Source: Vulcanisaeta distributa DSM 14429 (lineage in GTDB: Archaea; Thermoproteota; Thermoprotei; Thermoproteales; Thermocladiaceae). Taken from it: 32,000 nt of DNA. The notes under the pieces were generated by a model. That model searched no databases, was not told where the DNA came from, and saw only the letters and a program-made list of their open reading frames with translations. Positions 20,950 to 28,167 of this stretch are shown here, piece by piece; within the stretch, counting starts at the first letter, position 1; each line of letters starts with the position of its first letter. The stretch covers positions 30,001-62,000 of the forward strand of contig NC_014537.1 in the NCBI RefSeq assembly GCF_000148385.1, written 5' to 3'. A program made the translations under genes and the position numbers.

Positions 20950-22164
20950 ATGCTGGGTACTTACATGGAGCCCGTATTATCAATAATTGGTTCAGCGCTT
21001 AGCTGGGTATCCGGCATCATATCATCGGCTATACAATTACTCTATTCAATAATTAATTACATATTATCAAGGCCCGATAATTACATACCATTCCTATGGC
21101 CAATAATAAACTTCCTAAACCACGTACCAGTAATAAACATAATAGTGCACCTCATCTTCTGGAGGCCAATATTTGACCTACTCTTTGTACCTGGCCTAGT
21201 TTCGGTGACGATAGCTCTGATCTTCATAATATGGTTTGAGAGAAAGATAACGGCTAAGGTGCAATGGAGGATTGGGCCACTTGAGGTTTCTAGGCCAATA
21301 GGCGGTTTTCTCCAACCATTTGCAGACCTATTTAGGTATACGTTTCAGGAGTTTGTGGTCCCTATCCATGCGGATAGGAATTACTTCATTCACGCACCAG
21401 CCATAGCATTCATACTATCGACACTACCCATATTCTTCATACCGGTCGGTCCAAGGCAATTTACACTCCCAAATGGCGCAATGATTGAGGGTATTTACGG
21501 CGTTTACACGGGCTATGATGTACTGATTGCATTGGCATTAATAACGTTATTTAATATAGCGATAATATTGATTGGTTGGGCTAGTAATGATAGGTTCACG
21601 TACATAGGGACGGTGAGGGAGGCATTATTATACACGGGTTATGAGGCGATACTCATATTATCAGCCGTTGCAATACTCCTAATTTACGGAACGGCAGACC
21701 CATTCAAGATAGTCGACTGGCAGGTAACGCACCTGCCGGGCATAATAGCAAACCCACTTGCATTCCTCGCCTTCCTAATAGCCACGTTGATGGCCACGTC
21801 AAGGTTCCCCTTCGAAATACCAGAGGCTGATACGGAAATAGTCCTTGGCCCATACACGGAATATAGCGGTATTGTGTATGGCTTAGTAATGACGATGAGT
21901 TATGAAAAGTTATACGTGTTAAGTCTACTAATGGTTCTATTGTTCCTAGATGGTTGGGCGGGACCATACATACCATATTTCGGAGCTTTGTCACCTGCAA
22001 TATGGTTTGGTATAAAGACATACATAGTGATGATGATAATGGTTTTCACAAGATCCGTATACGGCAGGTATAGGCCAGATCAGGCGCTGAAAATGAGTTG
22101 GTCATCACTGCTCGGGTTAGTAATGGCTGCTTTAATACTCTCCCTCGTAATTAAGGTTTTCTAA
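20950..22164 (+). CDS. nuoH: NuoH/ND1-like membrane subunit of a complex I-type oxidoreductase, solitary in this window
   Basis: FERKITAKVQWRIGP (E97-R98-K99) and EIPEADTEIVLGPYTEYSG are NuoH signatures. Multi-pass membrane protein. An A/T box at 20923-20935 supports ATG 20950. Confidence 0.8.
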   Translation: MLGTYMEPVLSIIGSALSWVSGIISSAIQLLYSIINYILSRPDNYIPFLWPIINFLNHVPVINIIVHLIFWRPIFDLLFVPGLVSVTIALIFIIWFERKITAKVQWRIGPLEVSRPIGGFLQPFADLFRYTFQEFVVPIHADRNYFIHAPAIAFILSTLPIFFIPVGPRQFTLPNGAMIEGIYGVYTGYDVLIALALITLFNIAIILIGWASNDRFTYIGTVREALLYTGYEAILILSAVAILLIYGTADPFKIVDWQVTHLPGIIANPLAFLAFLIATLMATSRFPFEIPEADTEIVLGPYTEYSGIVYGLVMTMSYEKLYVLSLLMVLLFLDGWAGPYIPYFGALSPAIWFGIKTYIVMMIMVFTRSVYGRYRPDQALKMSWSSLLGLVMAALILSLVIKVF

Positions 22165-22326
22165 TTATTTTAAATTTAAATAATGTTTGGTTAAAAATTA
22201 AATTTCATGGGAATATTTTAGGGAAATACTCATTAAGTCATTAAAAATATCTTCATCAATAGCCCGATCCATTAACAATTAGGCTAACCACTAAATTAAT
22301 AAGGAGGCTTTCCAGGACTCAAGACA

Positions 22327-22533
22327 ATGGTCATCTGCCCCGTATGCGGTAAGGAGTATGCAAACTCGAGTTCGCTGCTAAAGCATGTTAAATTGAAGAG
22401 TAAGTACGACCCAATGCACATGGCCTTTTGGCTTGAGTTCCAGAAATACATAAGCACACCGAAGGAGGATTGGGCAATGCTAACGAAGACAGACCTATTC
22501 AGGGAGTTCCTTCGAGAGAAGGGACTTCTTTAA
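22327..22533 (+). CDS. Small C2H2-type zinc-finger protein
   Basis: C4-x2-C7-x12-H20, with the next His at position 31 (CPVCGKEYANSSSLLKHVKLKSKYDPMH). An A/T box lies about 30 nt upstream. The local sequence looks AT-rich by eye. Confidence 0.6.
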   Translation: MVICPVCGKEYANSSSLLKHVKLKSKYDPMHMAFWLEFQKYISTPKEDWAMLTKTDLFREFLREKGLL

Positions 22534-22602
22534 AACTATTGACCAACACTACATCACTAACTTAACTAATAACCTAATTAATAACGCACTATTAACAATC
22601 CC

Positions 22603-22977
22603 GTGGTTAAGAAAAGGGTTAGGGGAGTTATTCAGGAAGCACTTGATTATCAACTAAATTGGCCAATTAAGTTAAGGGAATTATCAATAAGACTTCAGGA
22701 TAGATCGTATAGGACGGCTCAAGAGGCGATTAAGTTATACGTTAATGGTTTATTGAGTAAGGATGCCGTTATAGAGATAATAAGGTTAAGTGGTGTTTCG
22801 TTGAGCAGATACATGAATCCTAGGAGGTATTTAGTTTATGATGATAATGATGAGGTGATTGAGAATGTAGATGATGTGATAATTAATGAGTTTGACGAGG
22901 TTAATGATGATGTTAAGGAGGTTGAGGAGGAGTATGTTGGTCAAAGAATTATTAGGAGGTTGATGGGCAATGATTGA
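22603..22977 (+). CDS. Hypothetical protein with a possible HTH segment and an acidic tail
   Basis: 124 aa, GTG start, A/T box at 22573-22587. LSGVSLSRYMN is HTH-like. DDNDEVIENVDDVIINEFDEVNDDVKEVEEE forms an acidic tract. It overlaps the next ORF by 8 nt. Confidence 0.5.
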   Translation: MVKKRVRGVIQEALDYQLNWPIKLRELSIRLQDRSYRTAQEAIKLYVNGLLSKDAVIEIIRLSGVSLSRYMNPRRYLVYDDNDEVIENVDDVIINEFDEVNDDVKEVEEEYVGQRIIRRLMGND

Positions 22978-23377
22978 TGAGTTAATACGTAAATACGGTA
23001 AGTACATGGGAGGGATAGATTATGAGAAGGTGCTAAATGATATAATTAGTGAGGAGGATAGGCTTAGGGAAATAGAGAGGAGACTAATAGGCATTGAGAC
23101 AGGGCGGCAGACGAATTATGAGAAATTGAGGGAGCTCGAGAAGAGACAATTAATCCTAAAATACATAGAACTAAAGAATCAGGAAAGGAATATGCTCGAA
23201 TTAATTAAGGAGCTGAAGCTAAAGGGATATACGAAGACCGAGGTAACAAAGGCAATAAGGAGATTAAGGAGGATAAGAAGGCAAATACGCATGATAAAAC
23301 GTGAATTAAAATTAATAAATGAAGAACCTACAAACACAACAAAAGACTTAAAAACCGACGTATTTAATGAGCAATGA
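22970..23377 (+). CDS. Hypothetical coiled-coil, Arg/Lys-rich protein
   Basis: 135 aa. AGGAGG (22955-22960) lies 9 nt upstream of the ATG, so it looks translationally coupled to the previous ORF. Heptad-like charged sequence (AIRRLRRIRRQIRMIKRELK). The TGA stop (23375-23377) is immediately followed by tRNA nucleotide 1. Confidence 0.5.
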   Translation: MIDELIRKYGKYMGGIDYEKVLNDIISEEDRLREIERRLIGIETGRQTNYEKLRELEKRQLILKYIELKNQERNMLELIKELKLKGYTKTEVTKAIRRLRRIRRQIRMIKRELKLINEEPTNTTKDLKTDVFNEQ

Positions 23378-23455
23378 GCCCCGGTCGTATAGCCCGGTCA
23401 AGTATGCGGGCCTCTCGAGCCCGTGACCCGGGTTCAAATCCCGGCCGGGGCACCA
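23378..23455 (+). tRNA. tRNA-Glu (anticodon CUC), no intron, CCA encoded
   Basis: Hand-folded cloverleaf. Acceptor stem GCCCCGG/CCGGGGC. D arm GTAT-AGCCCGGTCAA-GTAT (with G-U pairs). Anticodon stem CGGGC/GCCCG with loop CTCTCGA (U33, CTC, G37). 4-nt variable loop. T arm CCGGG-TTCAAAT-CCCGG. Discriminator A followed by CCA. Confidence 0.93.
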
Positions 23456-23820
23456 GAGTTGCATTTAATCCTTCCTAGATCATTGCTGTGATCAGTTACA
23501 TTTCAATTTAATGTCCAATTATGCAAGGCATATATACGTGCATGGATGACGCATCGCCCAGGGAGCACATAGTTGACCGTTAATAACAAGCAGAAACTTA
23601 AGCGAAAAATACTGACCTGCCTAGACAATAAGCTATGAAGGCATGTACGAATAGTATTCGAAGTTGAATAATGGAGTATTGTATACGTGTTTCAGTAAGT
23701 TCTTTATTGTCCGTTATTAATGGGGCTTTGGATATGAGGAAGGATATACAATGGCTAGTGGTGGGCTAGTTATATGCGTATAAACCCTGGATAATCACTA
23801 CTTTAAAGTTGCCTTACTAA

Positions 23821-24519
23821 TTAGTTATTCCATAAAGAAGGAGACCAGTTATATCCTGCACTATTAACCTGTGTAGTGAAATAAGCTCTAACGCTTTGTA
23901 CAATGCTCTGCATCGTGAAATTCAATGCTCCCCCATAACCTATTGAATTGTACGCGAACATAATACTATATGGTATTATTCCATTACTCATTATTACTAC
24001 TGCTCCTCCAGTAAATATTGGGTTTTGTACGTATTGTTGAAGGTTCGTTACTTCTTGCAATACCGTTCCCATTCCTGGTTGGTACCATATGTTTGCTAAT
24101 CCAAGTGCTATTGTTGGTTCATTATAGCTAGCACTATCCAACAGTACCGTGTTTCCCTGCACGGGTATCTGTACTACCCGGGTTGAGTTTCCAATAATGA
24201 CCTCGTAACTCAGCGGTATGAATAGCTGACCATTAATTATAGTCCCCATATTCCGCTGATTAAACGAATTAATCTCACTCACCGCTTGATTCAACGCATT
24301 ACTTTGTACCTTGTACGTTACCAAGTCATGCGGGTCGCCATTGAGGTCGTAGTAAAGTAATTCATACTGCCCATTGCCAATGGGCATTAGGAATACGTAG
24401 GGTGCATTAATGGTTAGGTATGTCATTGATGGTCTCAAGATGAGTAGGTAAGCCAGGAGAACCACGGCAATGGCTACAACAACGGCAGTTACAACATCAA
24501 CAACCAAAACCCTAACCAT
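23821..24519 (-). CDS. Membrane-anchored or secreted extracellular protein, Asn/Gln/Gly/Tyr/Val-rich, unknown family
   Basis: The N terminus MVRVLVVDVVTAVVVAIAVVLLAYLLIL is a signal-anchor. The remainder looks beta-rich and carries three N-x-S/T sequons (NST, NFT, NWS). I prefer ATG 24519; the ORF extends to TTG 24531. Confidence 0.6.
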   Translation of the reverse strand: MVRVLVVDVVTAVVVAIAVVLLAYLLILRPSMTYLTINAPYVFLMPIGNGQYELLYYDLNGDPHDLVTYKVQSNALNQAVSEINSFNQRNMGTIINGQLFIPLSYEVIIGNSTRVVQIPVQGNTVLLDSASYNEPTIALGLANIWYQPGMGTVLQEVTNLQQYVQNPIFTGGAVVIMSNGIIPYSIMFAYNSIGYGGALNFTMQSIVQSVRAYFTTQVNSAGYNWSPSLWNN

Positions 24520-24613
24520 CAAACAGGACAAAGGAAAAAGACTAAAACCTTGCTCAACAATGCAGACATTGGTTGTTCAATCAGCACGGTTAGCCCATAA
24601 GCATTATTGGTAA

Positions 24614-24632
24614 CCTAAGCAATGGGCTTAGG
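24614..24632. other. Perfect 7-bp inverted repeat CCTAAGC-aatgg-GCTTAGG in a 266-bp non-coding spacer
   Basis: Read directly. Function unknown. Confidence 0.3.
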
Positions 24633-24797
24633 CAGCGACACCTTGACAAGTCCTCGAGAAATCGGCGAATACGTGGTAATTCACTAGAGGAAGTAGCAAA
24701 AACATGCGCATAAACGATGAGGATAGTGCGACTTAATAAGCTTCCGTCATATGTTCGTTACATATAAAGCTTAAAATCAACACTTACTCGTTATCTC

Positions 24798-25910
24798 GTG
24801 GTTTCAATAGGTATTGTTGGTTTGGGTCCGATGGGTCGTGCAATTGCTTATTACTTGGCTAGGCATACGGGCCATGTCGTTAATGGTTATGATGTTAGTG
24901 ATGAGGCAGTCAGTGAGGCTAAGCGATTGGGCATTAATAATGCGGTTAAGGCTGATGCCAGGAATTATGAGGATCTGAAACGTATTGCAGGCGAGAATGA
25001 CGTGATTGTCAGCGCAGTCCCGCAGTCAATAGCCGATCAGGTGGTCCTTAGACTTCATGAGCTTGGTAAACCCGTTATTGACTTAATATTCATGTGGAAG
25101 TACAATGAGGATTTAGCCCGTAAGTTAGTCAGTGGTCCCATTATTATCCCGGCCTGTGGTTGGGCTCCAGGACTGACTAACTTACTCGCTATGGCGGCTG
25201 CCAATGAGCTTGAGGTTGTTGAGGAGGTGGGTATACATGTCGGTGGTAACCCGGTTGATCCAAAGCCACCACTTTACTACGAGCTTCTCTTCTCCCTTGA
25301 GAGTACGGTTGATGAGTACGTTAGGTCTGCAACGATTATTAAGGATGGTAGGGTCGTCGGTGTTGAGCCGCTTGCGGAGATCTTTGACTTTAGGACTTGG
25401 CTCGTTAATGGCGAGTTCGCGGAGTTTTATACGGATGGTTTAAGTACATTGCTTGTAACATTACCCAAGTATTTTAAGACCCTGAGGAATGTTTACGAGA
25501 GGACTATTAGGTGGAGGAGACATTTGGAAATTATGAGGGTTCTCAGGGACCTTGGGCTTTTGAGTGATGTAGAGACTGCGAAGTATGTGCTCTCTAAGTC
25601 ATTAAGACCCGGGATAAACGACTTCTCAATAATGGTTGTTGAGGCTAAGGGTAAAATAAGCGGTGATTACGCCGTGGTTAAGTTCGAAAGTGTTGACTAT
25701 GCCCAGGGAGGCTTCACATCAATGGCTAGACTCACAGGCTTCACCGCGGCCATCATAGCCGACTTAGTGGCCAGGGGTGAAATAAGGGGTGAGGGGTTAA
25801 CACCAATTGAGGAGGCGTACATAAGAAATAGGTCCATATTAAGCCAAGTAGTAAATGCGCTGAAGATGGAGAACGTAAAAATATATAAAACAAAGACAAT
25901 GATAGAATAA
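24798..25910 (+). CDS. Saccharopine dehydrogenase-family NAD(P)-dependent oxidoreductase
   Basis: Rossmann N terminus IGIVGLGPMGRAIA. PACGWAPGLTNLLA resembles the G(l)dPG(l)sN segment of the saccharopine / carboxy(nor)spermidine dehydrogenase family. GTG start, with A/T boxes at 24761-24778. Confidence 0.65.
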   Translation: MVSIGIVGLGPMGRAIAYYLARHTGHVVNGYDVSDEAVSEAKRLGINNAVKADARNYEDLKRIAGENDVIVSAVPQSIADQVVLRLHELGKPVIDLIFMWKYNEDLARKLVSGPIIIPACGWAPGLTNLLAMAAANELEVVEEVGIHVGGNPVDPKPPLYYELLFSLESTVDEYVRSATIIKDGRVVGVEPLAEIFDFRTWLVNGEFAEFYTDGLSTLLVTLPKYFKTLRNVYERTIRWRRHLEIMRVLRDLGLLSDVETAKYVLSKSLRPGINDFSIMVVEAKGKISGDYAVVKFESVDYAQGGFTSMARLTGFTAAIIADLVARGEIRGEGLTPIEEAYIRNRSILSQVVNALKMENVKIYKTKTMIE

Positions 25911-25945
25911 TAAATAGATTAAATAGATACTAGATAATGATAAAA
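25902..25945 (+). repeat. Copy A of a conserved block: ATAGAATAA-TAAATAGAT-TAAATAGATAC-TA-GATAATGAT-AAAA
   Basis: It spans the last two sense codons and the stop of the dehydrogenase-like gene, and lies 34-77 nt upstream of permease 1. It is collinear with copy B at 27776-27815 (9/9, 11/11 and 8/9 identical sub-blocks). Confidence 0.7.
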
Positions 25946-25978
25946 TTTATATCCTAATTTAATCAAATTTAAATTAAT

Positions 25979-27784
25979 ATGACGTCAAGTACTCAATCTC
26001 AGGTTAGGCTTAGGAGAGCTTTAACCATGACTGATTATTTCATGTTAGCATTCACGGGTATGGTCGGTAGTGGTTGGTTATTCGCAGCATTAGGTGCTTC
26101 TGGTGCCATGGGACCTGCATCTCTCCTCTCTTGGATAATAGCTGGTGTATTCTTCATATTCATGGTATTCCCCTTCGCAGAACTTGGTGGTCTTTTCCCA
26201 TTCAGTGGCTCTCTAGCTAGGTATAACCATTATAGTCACGGAACAATTAGTAACTACTTACTAGCCTGGGCATATACGTTGGGTGCGATTACCACGGTTA
26301 GCGTCGAGGCAGTAGCCATTGTTGAATACGCCAGCTATTACATACCGCAGTTTTGGAATTCAACTATTGGAGTATTGACACCGCTTGGTTTAGCCGTAGC
26401 AGCATTGTTAGTATTGGTCTTTCTCGCAATTCAATTAATTGGTGTAAATGTTTATGGCTGGTTTAATAGATTCATAACTGCCTGGAAAATAATAATACCT
26501 GGCTTAACAATAATATTATTAATTGCATTATACTTTCACCCGGACTATGTAATTGGTAAGTTACCGGGTGGTTTTGCGCCATATGGTTACTCAGTGGTCT
26601 TTTCCGGTATGATTACCACAGGTATTGTTTGGGCATACGAGGGGTTTAGACAAGGTCTTGAGTATGCCGGTGAAGGCAAGAATCCGCAAAGAGATGCGCC
26701 GTTAGGGACGATACTTGCATTGATATCCGTGATAATACTTTACATATTACTTGAAATTGCATTTATAGGGGCAATTAATTGGGAGGCGGCTGGTGTGAAA
26801 CCTGGTGATTGGCAGTCACTTGCGTCAAGTAGTTGGCAAGCCCATCCATTTGCCAGTGAGGCCATGGCAACCGGGATACCGATATTAATGGGTCTTGCTG
26901 TATTACTTTTAATTGATGCCGCCATATCACCTGCTGGAACCTTAGCTGTCTTTCTTGGGACTAGCGGTAGGAATTTATATGGTATGTCTAGGGTTGGTTA
27001 TATACCTGAATTCTTTTCACGAATACACAGAAAGTTCCAGACGCCCTGGATAGCCCTCATAATTGCCGCAGTAATAGGTATAGCGTTTATGGCGCCATTC
27101 CCAACCTGGTATACAATAATGTCATATTCTGCCGTGATGACAGTTTATGGCTATTTACAAGTTGGCATAACCAATCATGCACTTAGGAAGTTGGCTCCTG
27201 ACTTAAAGAGACCGTTTAACCCACCGGCTTGGTACGTATTCTACCCGCTTAGCTTCGTCGTTGCATCACTGCTTATTTATTGGTCTGGCTGGTCATACGT
27301 CAACGCAATAATAGCGGGTGTTATACTCGGATTCCCACTATTGCTTCTCGGTCCATATAGGTCAGAAATTAAGTTGACACGTGCAGCATCTGTGATATTT
27401 GCGGTGGTTTACTGGGTAACTTCATCATTATTAATTGCCGGTTGGTACCTCAATTGGTTTGCTAGCTTAGGCGTGATCACATCATTCGCCGTTTACTGGA
27501 CATTAATATCCCTAATTCAGGTGTTGAGCCTGTTTTACCTATGGTTTAAGTCAAGGCACCCAGACGTTAAGGCTGCCCTCTGGGTACCAATATACAACAT
27601 ATTGCTAGGCGTAATATCGTACATAGGCTCATTGGGTCCACTATCAACGCCATTAATACCATACCCATGGGACTACATAACATTTGCAATACTGAGCTTA
27701 GTAGTCTACTTCATAGCAATAAATCTAGCCTACGAAACAAAGGATCTAAGGCAGATAAAAGAGAAGGGGTTACCAATAGAATAA
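25979..27784 (+). CDS. APC-superfamily amino acid/polyamine permease with a C-terminal ~150-aa extension (paralogue 1)
   Basis: LRRALTMTDYFMLAFTGMVGSGWLF and FAELGGLFPFSGSLARY are typical APC N-terminal motifs. About 16 hydrophobic segments. Homologous along its whole length to the next gene. Confidence 0.85.
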   Translation: MTSSTQSQVRLRRALTMTDYFMLAFTGMVGSGWLFAALGASGAMGPASLLSWIIAGVFFIFMVFPFAELGGLFPFSGSLARYNHYSHGTISNYLLAWAYTLGAITTVSVEAVAIVEYASYYIPQFWNSTIGVLTPLGLAVAALLVLVFLAIQLIGVNVYGWFNRFITAWKIIIPGLTIILLIALYFHPDYVIGKLPGGFAPYGYSVVFSGMITTGIVWAYEGFRQGLEYAGEGKNPQRDAPLGTILALISVIILYILLEIAFIGAINWEAAGVKPGDWQSLASSSWQAHPFASEAMATGIPILMGLAVLLLIDAAISPAGTLAVFLGTSGRNLYGMSRVGYIPEFFSRIHRKFQTPWIALIIAAVIGIAFMAPFPTWYTIMSYSAVMTVYGYLQVGITNHALRKLAPDLKRPFNPPAWYVFYPLSFVVASLLIYWSGWSYVNAIIAGVILGFPLLLLGPYRSEIKLTRAASVIFAVVYWVTSSLLIAGWYLNWFASLGVITSFAVYWTLISLIQVLSLFYLWFKSRHPDVKAALWVPIYNILLGVISYIGSLGPLSTPLIPYPWDYITFAILSLVVYFIAINLAYETKDLRQIKEKGLPIE

Positions 27785-27815
27785 ATAGAAGTAAATAGAT
27801 ACGATAAAGATTAAA
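27776..27815 (+). repeat. Copy B of the conserved block: ATAGAATAA-ATAGAAG-TAAATAGATAC-GATAAAGAT-TAAA
   Basis: It spans the last two sense codons and the stop of permease 1 and lies upstream of permease 2. It matches copy A, even though the two upstream genes are unrelated. Confidence 0.7.
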
Positions 27816-27825
27816 CCGTGATCTT

Positions 27826-27874
27826 TTATTTTTCTATTAATCAAATGATAATGATTATTTTTCTATTTAATCAA
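27826..27874 (+). repeat. Direct repeat TTATTTTTCTATT(T)AATCAA x2 (27826-27844 and 27855-27874)
   Basis: Read directly. The two copies start 29 nt apart. A related CTAATTTAATCAA lies upstream of permease 1 (25954-25966) and a degenerate copy TTATTTTCTATTT at 28042-28054. Confidence 0.65.
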
Positions 27875-27959
27875 TAAATTTAGCATAAAATATAAATTTT
27901 AAATTTATTCTTAAGCATATTATTTAATTTATAACTTTAATTTATTATTAAAATAATTT

Positions 27960-27974
27960 ATTGACTTTGTCAAT
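27960..27974. promoter_or_regulatory. Perfect palindrome ATTGAC-TTT-GTCAAT (candidate operator)
   Basis: Read directly. It shares the half-site TTGAC with the palindrome at 30086-30099. Confidence 0.45.
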
Positions 27975-28167
27975 TATTGGACATTTTATGTACTAAGGAA
28001 TACTTATGGCTAATTTGGACCTGGTTTTTCTCTATTTTTCCTTATTTTCTATTTCTAATATTTGTTATCTATATATTAGTACGTAGGAAAAATAATAATG
28101 TTTATCATAATTTTTTACTATTCTATAAGGAGGAAATACTTTAAAAGATCATTATGAAGATAATTCC

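Noticed and set aside
22258-22271. AATAGCCCGATCCA resembles the tRNA-Glu D-arm region (ATAGCCCGGTCAA); I considered it as an att-site duplicate bounding a 1.1-kb integrated element
   Set aside because: It is only an 11/13 match. My rough estimate is that dozens of such hits to some part of a 78-nt query are expected by chance in 64 kb of two-strand sequence. No integrase is present either.
22841-22930. Repetitive GATGATG/AATGATGA runs that look like a tandem repeat
   Set aside because: They encode the Asp/Glu/Asn-rich acidic tail of the 124-aa ORF. This is compositional repetition, not a discrete repeat or a CRISPR-like array.
23543-23615. Possible C/D box sRNA (TGGATGA … CTGA, 72 nt apart) in the spacer after the tRNA
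   Set aside because: The C box deviates from RUGAUGA, no internal C'/D' boxes are present, the terminal stem is weak and the length is at the upper limit. It needs RNA-seq or a covariance-model scan before it can be called.
24171-24192. ACCCGGGTT inside the surface-protein gene matches the tRNA T-arm start; I considered it as a downstream att duplicate
   Set aside because: It is only a 9-mer and the similarity breaks down immediately afterwards, which is chance-level.
27785-28167. AT-rich repeat-bearing spacer considered as a replication origin
   Set aside because: There are no ORB/mini-ORB-like inverted repeats and no adjacent orc1/cdc6 or whiP gene. The repeats are shared with the permease 1 promoter region, which points to transcriptional regulation.
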